Assembly (NCBI GenBank): GCA_963796965.1
Contig: CAWCNS010000005.1
Span: 480,001 to 544,000 of the forward strand
Direction of reading: 5' to 3'
DNA from: Calditrichia bacterium
Lineage (GTDB): Bacteria; Calditrichota; Calditrichia; JAJRVZ01
DNA: 64,000 nt
Part shown: positions 1 to 10,135 of the stretch, in pieces
Numbering within the stretch: the first letter of the stretch is position 1
Layout of the letters: every line of letters begins with the position of its first letter
Notes under the pieces: model-generated
What the model was told of the DNA's origin: nothing
What the model saw: the letters and a program-made list of their open reading frames with translations, nothing else
Database searches by the model: none
Translations under genes and position numbers: made by a program

Positions 1-1
1 A

Positions 2-355
2 GACCGATACTGGTATGAATCCGGACAAAATATTTATAGTTACAAGACGATAGATGTAGTCAGCAGTATCGAAGATCCACATCAGGTTTTAATGGATTTC
101 CGGTTGGTAAAAGCCTACCCCAATCCATTTAATCCCCTAACGACTATTGTTTACCAATTAAATAAAACCTCGGATGTAAATCTATCTGTTTATAATCTCC
201 TCGGGCAACATGTGGCCGAGCTTGTAAAGGCAAGACAACCCGCAGGTGAGTACACTGTAGACTGGCATGCTGTTAACTATAGCTCGGGTATGTATTTTTA
301 TATATTACAGGTTGATGCTGAGAGCCAGGTGATGCGGGGCATATTACTTAAGTAA
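2..355 (+). CDS. 3' end of a secreted protein with T9SS type A-like / FlgD-Ig C-terminal sorting domain (partial, runs off the left edge)
   Basis: Frame is open from base 2 (DRYWYESGQ...). It carries AYPNPFNPLTTIVY...VYNLLGQ...SSGMYFY...ILLK, a typical CTD. Confidence 0.85.
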   Translation, partial: DRYWYESGQNIYSYKTIDVVSSIEDPHQVLMDFRLVKAYPNPFNPLTTIVYQLNKTSDVNLSVYNLLGQHVAELVKARQPAGEYTVDWHAVNYSSGMYFYILQVDAESQVMRGILLK

Positions 356-386
356 ACAACATGTTAACTATGGTTATTTTTGGAAT

Positions 387-420
387 AAGGCTGATCTTCG
401 AGATCAGCCTTTTACTTTTT
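387..420 (+). terminator. Rho-independent terminator
   Basis: AAGGCTGATCT-TCG-AGATCAGCCTT perfect stem followed by a T-rich tract, about 30 nt after the stop. Confidence 0.8.
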
Positions 421-476
421 AAGAGCCTATCTACCTAAGTTAAAAACCCCTTCTCTACTTTATGAGAAGGGGCTCC

Positions 477-554
477 TCGTGGTATTTCGCCGGTTTTATT
501 TCGACACAAATGTCGAAAATCAGAATTTCATTTATTTACCTCTCCCCAATCCTC
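477..554. repeat. Fragment of intergenic repeat family A
   Basis: 78-nt near-identical match to 28855-28932 (TCGTGGTATTTCGCC...TTTACCTCTCCCCAATCCTC). Confidence 0.85.
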
Positions 555-572
555 ATGCCAATAAATATTATA

Positions 573-1871
573 CTAATTGTCAGAGGTTTTAGGAAGTGCA
601 TTCCACTTTGGAATCATGACAATCCCGGCCATTAATACCATTATAGATAAAAATGTAAATACACCGCCCCACCCCCAACTTTCTTTTAAAAAGCCCGGAA
701 TAGTTCCCCCAACTATGGCGCCGATCGACCCTGCGCTATTGATAATACCCGAGGCGGTTGAAGCTCCTTTACTGGTGCCAAAATCCAATGCAGCGGTTGC
801 ACTTATCAACGAATCCGGTCCAAATAAAAAAATACCAATCATAAACAATAATCCTGCAATTACCAATTTATTGTGAAAGGCGGCAATGTCATTGAAGAAG
901 AACAGAATAATAGCCATGGGAAACATAGCAAGAACACAGTAAGGTATACGGCGCGACTGAAACAGTTTATCTGAAGCATACCCCGCAAGAAGAACACTGA
1001 TCGGACCGGCAACAAAGAACGATGAACTGATTAAGGCTGATTCACCCATTTGGGTATTCAATGTTTCATTAATATAAAGTGGTCCCCAGAAGAGAATCGC
1101 ATATCTGGTAGGCTTCAGAAAGAAATAGACCAGGGATAATAGCATCACCATGGGACTCTTTATCACCATGAGAGTCGCCTTCCAGGATCCTTCATCAGGT
1201 TCTTCATCACCCCCTGTCAGGATGGCTTTTGGTTCTCCCCGATAGTCTTCAATACTGGGAAAACCAATATCCTGAGGACGATTTCTTTGTAAAATTATGA
1301 ACAATACCGCAATAAAAAGCAGAAGGACAGCCGGCATAATAAAAGCATAGCGCCAGTCATTAAAATAATCAGCCATAAACCCGGCCAAAGGAGCAGCAAT
1401 CAACCCTCCGATGGTATAATTGGTTGCCCACCAACCCATAATGACGCCGCGCTCGCGTAAAGAGAACCAATTGCTAATGTTCTTCGATAATGGCGCCCAT
1501 CCGGTGGATTGACTGAGGCCCTGGATAAAGGAGAACACGCCAAAGGCTAGAACAAGTGATGAAACACCCATCGCCAATCCAGCCACTATGGATGAGAATA
1601 ATCCCGTTAGGACGACCATTCGTGGACCTTTTTTGTCGCCTAATATGCCCCAAACAAACATACCAATAGCATATGCCGTCAGGTAAAGACCATCGATGAG
1701 ACCCATTTGTTCAGGACTCATCATGATATCCGGATCCTGACTTAGCCCTATTTTTGCAACAGAAAATGAAGCTCGGGTTAAGTAAAATCCAACATAACAC
1801 AACCAGGTAATTCCAAATATTCTCCAGCGCCAGAATTCATATTTCGGATTCTTTTCATATGTTCGCATCAA
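573..1871 (-). CDS. MFS transporter, organophosphate:Pi antiporter (GlpT/UhpC-like) family
   Basis: About 12 hydrophobic segments; YLTRASFS, GILGDKKGPR, WFSLRERG motifs. Confidence 0.85.
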   Translation of the reverse strand: MMRTYEKNPKYEFWRWRIFGITWLCYVGFYLTRASFSVAKIGLSQDPDIMMSPEQMGLIDGLYLTAYAIGMFVWGILGDKKGPRMVVLTGLFSSIVAGLAMGVSSLVLAFGVFSFIQGLSQSTGWAPLSKNISNWFSLRERGVIMGWWATNYTIGGLIAAPLAGFMADYFNDWRYAFIMPAVLLLFIAVLFIILQRNRPQDIGFPSIEDYRGEPKAILTGGDEEPDEGSWKATLMVIKSPMVMLLSLVYFFLKPTRYAILFWGPLYINETLNTQMGESALISSSFFVAGPISVLLAGYASDKLFQSRRIPYCVLAMFPMAIILFFFNDIAAFHNKLVIAGLLFMIGIFLFGPDSLISATAALDFGTSKGASTASGIINSAGSIGAIVGGTIPGFLKESWGWGGVFTFLSIMVLMAGIVMIPKWNALPKTSDN

Positions 1872-2017
1872 TCACAGCTCCCTTCATTAGCAGATTCAGG
1901 TATAATCAAAAATCAGTATATAACATTGTTATTGAAACAGAACCAAAAAATATATCACGAAGAGACACGAAGGTCCCACGAAGTTACGTGAAATTGAAAT
2001 AATTATAAAGATGAGTA

Positions 2018-2683
2018 CTACTTACAATTGAGTTGCCATTGTTCGATGCGCCAGTGATTCGCTTCGGCAATGGCACGGAGGTTTTGCTTTGGATTTATTA
2101 CCACCGGAAACCCAACCTTCTCCAACAGAGTCACATCGGTAATACTGTCAGCATAAAAGGTAACGTGGCTTAATTCTATACTTCTTGAAATGCAAATATC
2201 CGATGCGGACTTCAAGCTTCCCCCCTTCATAAGAAAAGGCCCATCTATTTTTCCCGTAAACAGTCCATTCTTAATTTCAGGTTCAGTTGCTAACAAAGTG
2301 TTGATCCCTAAATAGCTGGCTATTGGTTCTGCGATAATCCGGTTGGTCCCTGTGAGCAATAAGGTGGATATCCCCTGTTGGTCATATTTAGCTATCTCTT
2401 TTATTGCTTGTGGAAATATATATTCCTGTACGCGTTGCTGAAAATGTTCATCTGCTAGCACTCTCATCTCATCTGATGAACGATTTTCAAATTCATTTAA
2501 TTGAAATTTTACAAATTCGTCCACCGGGGTTCGACCCTGGTAATAGAGGTCAAGAAATCGATCTGCTTCAGCACGATGGGAGGGTGGGGCCAATCCTTTA
2601 TCCACAAGGAAATATTTCCATGACACATCGCAATCCGTATCCAAAACCGTGTGATCCATATCGAAAAAAGCCATCTCTATCAA
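2018..2683 (-). CDS. HAD-IB family hydrolase (SerB-like)
   Basis: FFDMDHT motif I; YADSITD motif; VINP. Confidence 0.85.
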   Translation of the reverse strand: MIEMAFFDMDHTVLDTDCDVSWKYFLVDKGLAPPSHRAEADRFLDLYYQGRTPVDEFVKFQLNEFENRSSDEMRVLADEHFQQRVQEYIFPQAIKEIAKYDQQGISTLLLTGTNRIIAEPIASYLGINTLLATEPEIKNGLFTGKIDGPFLMKGGSLKSASDICISRSIELSHVTFYADSITDVTLLEKVGFPVVINPKQNLRAIAEANHWRIEQWQLNCK

Positions 2684-3108
2684 TTATCTTCTCCCATATA
2701 AAAAATCTCTGTATTTATTTTCTTTCACGTTTACTGTATTTAATAATATTGAAGTACCACCATCCACACCATCGCAGGGTTTTGTGAGGGTATCGCCAAA
2801 AATATTAAGATTTTCAAAAATATAGTGTACCATTTCACTTTTAAGGATGAAAGAGACACATTCATAAAAATTCATATGATACTCTTGATATAGCCGGTAT
2901 TCTAAATAGGTTTGATAGATTAATATTCAGTTTAAAATTGCAAATTTTATATGAATCAATCAATTGTAATTTAGTAAGAATATTTGTCCACTCCCAATGG
3001 GACTCGTTTGGAGGAATTATCCGTCTTTCCCGGATCAAGCTGGGCCTGACACTAATTTATACGAATACACCTTTTCGTAATTCCACAGGAATCTTACTTA
3101 GGTGCAGG

Positions 3109-3146
3109 GTCATAATCGACAAGAAGGAAGATCCTTTCAGGATGAC
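3109..3146. repeat. Short GTCAT...ATGAC palindromic element (family D)
   Basis: GTCAT...AGATCCTTTCAGGATGAC; same ends as 53472-53524, 56313-56365 and 60660-60753. Confidence 0.5.
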
Positions 3147-3438
3147 AATAAACATTATTGCAATTCATACCTCCGAAGTACTCTCTACTTTAGAAATAAT
3201 TTGTGAGAATTCGTTGACTTTTTCTCATTGATTGAGCTTCGCACCGCGCTTCGAATATAAAAATGGATTAAGACAGATTGTGTAGCGTATTTAGATTGAA
3301 TTTAACAGCCAGAAATGTTACTTTGGAGTAATATTTGCCCATAAACACGTATTAATCTACTTTTAAGATTAATATGGGTATATCATAAGGTATATTCATC
3401 CTATCATATTATTGCATGTTTTTTAAGGGGAAAATTCA

Positions 3439-4959
3439 TTGAAAATATTTTTAATATATATACGAGATGAAGATTTTTACAATGTCCTACCGGATCATCT
3501 TAATAATTCTAAAACCGATGGGAAATTCAGGGTTATGGCTTTCCCGCCCTTAGGCATCCAGACATTAGCACCTGTTTTACGTCAACATGGCCATGAAGTG
3601 CGTCTATTTGACACCTGTCATCCTGAGATGAAAGAGACACATATTGCTCAGGCCGCATTAGATGAAAAACCAGATGTAATTGCTCTCTCTTTTTTATCAA
3701 TTACAACCTATCTTCATGCCAAGAGCATGGCGCGTCATTTAAAATCAATCAACCCAACAATCCCGATCATCGTTGGCGGTCCTTTTGCCTCCTTTAATGG
3801 CACCAAAATCCTCCAGGATAGTGCGGATATTGATTGTGTGGGTGGAGGCGAAGGTGAGGAACTTTTTCCCGATTATCTTAAAAATCTCGATAATCCCGGT
3901 ATTGTAAAGGGTTTGACTTGGAGATCCGGGGAAGAAATCATCCAGAATCCTTCCCAACCGCTCCTCAGGGACCTCGACCAGTTCCCATATCCTGATCGAT
4001 CCAGCCTGCCCATTGAATATATTGAGTCCATGCCATTGGATGTTCCGGCTGTTCTTTCTCTCGATCGATTTGCCATCATGCAAACTTCAAGAGGATGCCC
4101 CTTTGATTGTATCTACTGTGATATACCCTCTTTAGCTGAGGGCAAATGGCGATCCAGGTCCCCCGAACATGTATTGGGTGAAATGCAGGAGCTTCATGAC
4201 CAGGGATATAAATCTATTTATCTTACCGACGATCACTTTCTGCTCAAAAAACAGCGAATTCATGCCATCTGTCAGGGTATTATTGATCGAAAGTTTGATT
4301 TTCACTGGGGATGCGAGGGGCGTGTTGATTCCCAGGCCGTAATCGAGGAATTCCCCACCATGGCGAAAGCCAATTGCAGTATGCTTGCCTTTGGCGTTGA
4401 AGCAGGTACAGAAAAGATCCTGGCTCGCCTTAAAAAACGACAAAATCTTGAGCAGGTAAAACACGCCATAAATGAAGCAAAAAAAAGTGGTATTGATGTG
4501 GCACATGGTTTTTTTCTTGTAGGATCACCAGATGAGACGGAAGCAGATATGTTGGAGAGTTTTCGCTTTGCAGCAAGGTTAAAACTTGATACATTTGGCT
4601 TTAATCGCTTATGTGTATACCGGGGCACCCCTTTATGGAAGGAATATGTGGAGAGGGGGATTATTGACGATGATAAAGACTGGAATAAATGGTTTAAATG
4701 CTCTGATATAGATCCAACGGTTCTTCCAAGTGAAAAGGTTAATCAAATCCGTATGAAAGGGTATTTACTCCTATTTGGTTACCGGATTTTATTCAGACCT
4801 CTGCAAACATTTAAACTTATTCGAAAATTTGGCCGCTATATGAAATATTCAGATATATTTACCTTACTTTGGAGCCCTTTCCGCAAAAAGGATCTCACCC
4901 GGAAGCCTGATCTTCCCGCGCAGCTGAGAAGCACAAATTTTAGAAGTATAATAAAATAA
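3439..4959 (+). CDS. B12-binding domain radical SAM protein
   Basis: PPLG, IIVGGP, GEGE and TSRGCPFDCIYC (CxxxCxxC) motifs. Confidence 0.9.
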   Translation: MKIFLIYIRDEDFYNVLPDHLNNSKTDGKFRVMAFPPLGIQTLAPVLRQHGHEVRLFDTCHPEMKETHIAQAALDEKPDVIALSFLSITTYLHAKSMARHLKSINPTIPIIVGGPFASFNGTKILQDSADIDCVGGGEGEELFPDYLKNLDNPGIVKGLTWRSGEEIIQNPSQPLLRDLDQFPYPDRSSLPIEYIESMPLDVPAVLSLDRFAIMQTSRGCPFDCIYCDIPSLAEGKWRSRSPEHVLGEMQELHDQGYKSIYLTDDHFLLKKQRIHAICQGIIDRKFDFHWGCEGRVDSQAVIEEFPTMAKANCSMLAFGVEAGTEKILARLKKRQNLEQVKHAINEAKKSGIDVAHGFFLVGSPDETEADMLESFRFAARLKLDTFGFNRLCVYRGTPLWKEYVERGIIDDDKDWNKWFKCSDIDPTVLPSEKVNQIRMKGYLLLFGYRILFRPLQTFKLIRKFGRYMKYSDIFTLLWSPFRKKDLTRKPDLPAQLRSTNFRSIIK

Positions 4960-4960
4960 A

Positions 4961-5010
4961 GAAATTCTTTAAAACTGACTAGCCCCGAGGCAGAGCCTCG
5001 AGGAATTCTA
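4961..5010. repeat. Intergenic repeat family A, short form
   Basis: GAAATTCTTTAAAACTGACT...CCCCGAGGCAGAGCCTCGAGGAATTCTA matches both ends of 28820-28987 and, in part, the reverse complement of 37791-37860. Confidence 0.85.
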
Positions 5011-5018
5011 TAGATTAA

Positions 5019-5375
5019 CTATAATAACAATAGCCCTCCACCCAGAATTATTCCAACACCGAGTAGAATAGTTGTGGCAAGTTCCAGATCTTTGTATTCC
5101 ACCCGGGTAATTTTATGTAACGGGATTTTGAATGTATCCGGTCTGGATAAATATACATTATATGGTGTAATTAATGTATCATTTATAAATTCGTATGATT
5201 CTCCGGCAAGGAATCGCTTTTTTGTTTGAGTAGAATCTGTAAATTCAATGCGAACATCTTTCTTTTTCTCCAATACCGGTCTAATCTGATCCATTTGCAA
5301 TGCAACACGGGTACTCTTACATCCGCTCCCAAGAAGTAATAATGCAAGGATGAACACAATCAAATTAATTTTCAT
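5019..5375 (-). CDS. Hypothetical lipoprotein with C-terminal hydrophobic anchor
   Basis: Signal peptide with LGSGC lipobox; C-terminal hydrophobic helix. Confidence 0.65.
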   Translation of the reverse strand: MKINLIVFILALLLLGSGCKSTRVALQMDQIRPVLEKKKDVRIEFTDSTQTKKRFLAGESYEFINDTLITPYNVYLSRPDTFKIPLHKITRVEYKDLELATTILLGVGIILGGGLLLL

Positions 5376-5480
5376 AAAATTTCAGTCTTCCATTTCCGTT
5401 TTGCTATCCACCATTTCCTAACTCAATTTCGACAAGTCAAATTCCCAATTCCCAATTACCTAATTACTAATTACTCCAAA

Positions 5481-5774
5481 CTAAACCTCACTCATCATAC
5501 TATCAATTCTATTCTCAAGATCAAAGATTTGAACAATAATTATTTCCTCTTGTACCGTAACATTTTCTGGTTTGCTATCCTTGTCGAGATAATAACCAAA
5601 TTTCAGTAATTGGAGGTCATATATCCTGTCGCGCAAATCTTTTAAACCCAAGAGAAGTTCATATTTATCTACTCCGGATTCTACCTTTTTTTCAAATGAT
5701 TCAACAAGAACCCTTATCATATGGATTTCTTTATCAAAATCCAGCTCAACAGGATGATGGTTAGAAATACTCAT
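5481..5774 (-). CDS. Hypothetical protein
   Basis: 97-aa ORF with GGGAGG RBS; plausible helical composition. Confidence 0.55.
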   Translation of the reverse strand: MSISNHHPVELDFDKEIHMIRVLVESFEKKVESGVDKYELLLGLKDLRDRIYDLQLLKFGYYLDKDSKPENVTVQEEIIIVQIFDLENRIDSMMSEV

Positions 5775-6068
5775 TTCAGGATATCCCTCCCCTGAGAATT
5801 AAAGGCTTCATTTAAATTAAAGGATAATCTATGTAAAAGTATTCCGAATACGCGTGAAAGAATTAACAAGTGAGAGGCGTCCAGTATCAGATATAAAGGA
5901 AAATACTGAGGTAAAATTTTAATAGCAAGGAAAATTTATGTAATAAGAAATTTCAGATATATCAGATTAAATTATCTTTCTTGAAGAGAACAATTGAAGA
6001 GAACAATACATAATGAATGGTGGTAAATATAGCAACCCGATTAAGAGATTGTGTGAGAATAAAAAATC

Positions 6069-6111
6069 AACCACGGACTTATCCCCGTTGAACGGGGGTA
6101 TCTCCGTGGTT
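6069..6111. repeat. Palindrome (family B arms with inner CCCCGT..ACGGGG hairpin), possible terminator of the TPR gene
   Basis: AACCACGGA/TCCGTGGTT arms; inner hairpin also at about 9360-9375. Confidence 0.55.
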
Positions 6112-6161
6112 AAAATGCTTTTTTATGCCACCTTGGAACTTTCGGCGATTGAAATTTATCG

Positions 6162-8816
6162 TCAATTTCCCATTTTCGCCAACATTGATTTTGCTGTTTT
6201 TTGCTCTGGCTGCAAAGAGAGCACCTTTCGGTAAAGTGCTGCTGCTTTACCTCTAAAACCCTGAGCATACAAGATATTTGCTAACGATAAACTTGAAGAG
6301 ATATTATTAGGATCAATACGTACCTCCTGCTCCAGGTCTTTCGTAACCTGGGCTAACACATCAACATTATCAAATTCCGGACCTAATCTTGGAAAATCAA
6401 TAAAATATCTGGGATCAATTCGAAGTGCTTTTTTATATTCTTCTAATGCCTGATCGTATTTTTGCTGTTTTTCATAAAATTTGGCTAATACAATATGCGC
6501 CTTGGCTAATCCGGGATTAATCTGTAAAGTTTTATTATAATAATAAAGGGCACTGTCAGGTTTCCCCATCTCTTGATAAGTTAAGGCCAGATTAAAAGTA
6601 GCCTCATAGAAATTATTTCTTTCTTTTTGTGCTAAATAAAAGCGTGAGACCATTTCATTATATATACGCTCTTTTTGGCCATTATGCTTATTTTTATTCG
6701 CCTCTATCTCCTCTTTGTTTAAAAGACCGTACATTTCAAGAAATTCGTCAATATACTCATCTAATGCAGCCTGCTTATAAACGGTAATACCCAACATAAA
6801 ATTCACTTCCGGATCGTTTGGAAGCGTAAGGAGAATTTTTTCAAACTGGTTAATAGCTCCGACAAAATTATGCATCCGATAATAGCTCTCCCCTAATCGT
6901 TTTCTTGTCGGTATATGAGCAGCATCCAGATTAAGAGATTGATTGTAATTAAAAATAGCACGTCGGTAACGATTCGTAGTATAATAAACATTTCCTAGCT
7001 CATAATACCCTCTGCTATAAGTGGGTTGCAATTCTAAGGCCTGGGCAAGATATCCCAGCGCTTTTTGATATTGTTTCATTTGCAACGCACAACGTCCCGC
7101 ATAATACCAACCGCGATAATCATAGGCGCGATTGTCCCGGTAAACAATAAAATCTTCATATGCCCGATTGAATTGCTTATTCTGCAATCGGGTTAAGCCT
7201 CTTCCCAGATAGGCAAGCTCAAAGGAGGGAAATTTATCAATAATATAATCGAATTGGATCAGCGCCTCTTTGTACATTTCCAGGTTATAATAGACCGAAC
7301 CGAGGTTATAATAAGCACCCCAAAAGGCAGGATCTTCATCAATTGCAGATTTAAAATACTGAACAACGGCATCTATATCTTTATCTGATCTCCCATTTTC
7401 TATATATCCCATGCAAAAAGATTCAAAAGCCTCCATGGAATTAGTCACACGCCTTTCAAATCTTTCCATCTCTTTTCCAGTGAGAGCAACATCAGTTAAT
7501 TGAATAAATTTTTCGGCCGTGTTATCGACAACATCAAAAAATTCATCATACTTAATTTTATAATGTTCTGAAGCGATCCTTATTCCCCCAAATGCCTGGG
7601 CAATTGAAATATCAATCTCGACGAAATCACCATGCAGATAATATTCGCCTCCGAGAGTATAATCCAATGACCATTCAATTTCATTAACAAGAACAGTCGC
7701 ACTATCGCTCTCAACAAATTTGATGACGACATCTTGATCAACCAACTTATAGGCAGGGATGTTAGAGAATTTACTGGCCAGCAAATATTCAAGTCCGAAG
7801 CCAAGCCAACTTTCATGTTTGTCGCCCGATTTATTTTCAAAGGGTATGATTCCTATACTTATACTGCGTGGCATGTGTCTCACAACTGCAGGTGCTCTTA
7901 TATCATCCTTTGATAAATCCTCCACAGCCGCTGAGCCGTTGATCTGGATCTCTGGCATCATTAATCCACCCTGATCAAGAAACCAGTTCATGGTCTTGTT
8001 TGTTGTTAGAAATCTTTCCATCTGGAGATTATAAGATTGATCGACTATAAACTGACGGGTGCCTCCTCTTTCAAGTAAAAGAGTCAGCATACCTTCCTTA
8101 AAAAAAGCATCTGTCTCTCTACCTGGGTTCCAATCCACGAGTAATGTTTTAACATCTGCCGGGAGAGAATAGGTTCTCGATGTGATATATGTCTCGATAT
8201 CCGAAGAGGTGATTTCTGAACTAAACCTATCATTCTGACTTGTGATCTTTACCCCAAGAATTCCACAGATTAAACCAAGACTCTGTAGAGGTAATTTACA
8301 TTTTTGCTGGTTCCAGGAAGTTATCATACCCTGGCGGACATTCAAACTCGCCCGATAAACTGGCTGTGAGTCCTGATAAAAAAGTAAGGTCAGGTCATAT
8401 TTCTTTGGCCATTGAAGCGGTTTAACCATTCCCCAGACAACCAAACGGTTTAGGTTTGGACCAGAATTGAATCCAGATGGATTAGTACTGGAATAATCAA
8501 TATTTCCACTGCTCACTTTCTCATATTCCAGACTGTAATTAGAAATCCCAAGATCACGAAACGTTTTTTCAATAGCCGGAAATACGATAGCCCGCTCTAT
8601 TTCTTGCGATATATTTATATCACGTTCATATCCGCCATCAATGATATAAATAAAATTGACAATATTAATTTTAATTTTCGATTGTTCATCAATATCACTT
8701 TCTACAGTCTCAGAAATACCGGGACTAATAAATCCACAGAAAAAGAATACTGTTAGGAATATTATATTGAATTGATGACACCTTAAGAACCGGAGAAAAT
8801 AGTCTGACCGACTCAT
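6162..8816 (-). CDS. Secreted TPR protein with TolB-N/FlgO-like domain
   Basis: Signal-like N-terminus; IGIIPFENKS...WLGFGL domain; many TPR helices; paralog of 14711-16519. Confidence 0.8.
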   Translation of the reverse strand: MSRSDYFLRFLRCHQFNIIFLTVFFFCGFISPGISETVESDIDEQSKIKINIVNFIYIIDGGYERDINISQEIERAIVFPAIEKTFRDLGISNYSLEYEKVSSGNIDYSSTNPSGFNSGPNLNRLVVWGMVKPLQWPKKYDLTLLFYQDSQPVYRASLNVRQGMITSWNQQKCKLPLQSLGLICGILGVKITSQNDRFSSEITSSDIETYITSRTYSLPADVKTLLVDWNPGRETDAFFKEGMLTLLLERGGTRQFIVDQSYNLQMERFLTTNKTMNWFLDQGGLMMPEIQINGSAAVEDLSKDDIRAPAVVRHMPRSISIGIIPFENKSGDKHESWLGFGLEYLLASKFSNIPAYKLVDQDVVIKFVESDSATVLVNEIEWSLDYTLGGEYYLHGDFVEIDISIAQAFGGIRIASEHYKIKYDEFFDVVDNTAEKFIQLTDVALTGKEMERFERRVTNSMEAFESFCMGYIENGRSDKDIDAVVQYFKSAIDEDPAFWGAYYNLGSVYYNLEMYKEALIQFDYIIDKFPSFELAYLGRGLTRLQNKQFNRAYEDFIVYRDNRAYDYRGWYYAGRCALQMKQYQKALGYLAQALELQPTYSRGYYELGNVYYTTNRYRRAIFNYNQSLNLDAAHIPTRKRLGESYYRMHNFVGAINQFEKILLTLPNDPEVNFMLGITVYKQAALDEYIDEFLEMYGLLNKEEIEANKNKHNGQKERIYNEMVSRFYLAQKERNNFYEATFNLALTYQEMGKPDSALYYYNKTLQINPGLAKAHIVLAKFYEKQQKYDQALEEYKKALRIDPRYFIDFPRLGPEFDNVDVLAQVTKDLEQEVRIDPNNISSSLSLANILYAQGFRGKAAALYRKVLSLQPEQKTAKSMLAKMGN

Positions 8817-8876
8817 GTCCTCACCTCACTGTTGAGAGTTATTTGTTTGTAAATAGCTGAGCACTAAATGAAACAA

Positions 8877-8973
8877 GTAAATCACCGGCGGATCTCTACT
8901 TGGATCCTGAATTTTCGTTGCAAGAGTAAGAAAATGAGCATTCCGTAAATGAGTGGTCGCCGGATGATTTTGC
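8877..8973. other. Imperfect ~97-nt hairpin, candidate structured RNA
   Basis: Nested pairings GTAAATCA/TGATTTTGC, CCGGCG/CGCCGG, CTC/GAG, TAC/GTA, ATTTTC/GAAAAT, TTGC/GTAA. Confidence 0.35.
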
Positions 8974-9091
8974 AGCAGAAATGATTATATTTAATATAAT
9001 AATAAGTAATTTAAATTATGGACTTGTGCGCTAAAGCACTCAATCTTTAATAATTTTTGATAATTCATAACAAGAGGAAGGAGAAAAGAAG

Positions 9092-9208
9092 AAATCCTAA
9101 AATCCAATATCTAAATCCTAAATAATTAAAAAATCATAATTTTAAATATTAAAACATAATGTGTTTGAATATTCGAGTTTAGATATTTTATATTGTTTAG
9201 GATTTAGA
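9092..9208. repeat. AT-rich heptamer-periodic palindrome (family C) at the tRNA-Gln 3' end
   Basis: TCTAAATCCTAAA / TTTAGGATTTAGA inverted arms, like 53391-53599 and 56233-56440. Confidence 0.75.
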
Positions 9209-9211
9209 AGT

Positions 9212-9282
9212 CTGCGGGACAGGGACTCGAACCCCGGCTACCTGGGCCAGAACCAGGCGTCCTACCACTAGACGATCCCGCA
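9212..9282 (-). tRNA. tRNA-Gln (CTG)
   Basis: Reverse complement folds as a cloverleaf: TGCGGGA/TCCCGCA acceptor, CCTGG-TT-CTG-GC-CCAGG anticodon arm, GGTTCGAGTCC T arm; CCA not encoded. Confidence 0.95.
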
Positions 9283-9419
9283 ATGAATTAAAATTAATTA
9301 TTTACCCAACCAAAATCAATATTCAATCTTCAATTTTTTCCGATTAAAACGCCTCTATCCCCCGTAGAACGGGGTCTCCAAGACCCGTAAAATGGGCTCT
9401 CCGACTATCGGCATATCGG

Positions 9420-10135
9420 GATCAAATCCCAATCCAAAATCTCATATCTCGTATCCCGTATCCCGTATCACATACCCCAGATCAAATCCCAATGCCAAAA
9501 TCTAAATTCCAAATCAATGACAAATTCCCAATCCCAAACCTCATATCCGGTATCTCATATCTCGTATCCCGAATCCCATATCACGCATCACGCATCACGC
9601 ATCCCGAATCCCGTATCCCGTATCACGTACCCCAGATCAAATCCCAATGCCAAAATCTAAATTCCAAATCAATGACAAATTCCCAATCCCAAACCTCATA
9701 TCCGGTATCTCATATCTCGTATCCCGAATCCCATATCACGCATCACGCATCACCGCATCCCGAATCCCGTATCCCGTATCACCGTATCACGTACCCCAGA
9801 TCAAATCCCAATGCCAAAATCTAAATTCCAAATCAATGACAAATTCCCAATCCCAAACCTCATATCCGGTATCTCATATCTCGTATCCCGAATCCCATAT
9901 CACGCATCACGCATCACGCATCCCGAATCCCGTATCCCATATCACGTACCCCAGATCAAATCCCAATGCCAAAATCTAAATTCCAAATCAATGACAAATT
10001 CCCAATCCCAAACCTCATATCCGGTATCTCATATCTCGTATCCCGAATCCCATATCACGCATCACGCATCCCGAATCCCGATCCCTATCCCGATCCTATC
10101 CCCATCCCGCATCTCATATCTCATATCCCCCATCA
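9420..10135. repeat. Tandem array of ~155-bp units built from 7-nt sub-repeats
   Basis: Units start at about 9480, 9635, 9799 and 9954 (periods 155, 164, 155); 60-bp internally deleted unit at 9420; degenerate tail. Confidence 0.95.

Noticed and set aside
2684..3231. Short ORFs 2684-2875 and 2938-3231
   Set aside because: No recognisable motifs; the latter overlaps a palindromic element; probably non-coding
8877..8973. Hairpin as SRP (4.5S) or 6S RNA
   Set aside because: Lacks the CAGG...GNRA...AGCA helix-8 motif on one strand; too short for 6S and has no flanking closing stem
9420..10135. Tandem array as a CRISPR array
   Set aside because: Whole units repeat with no unique spacers, and there are no cas genes in the window
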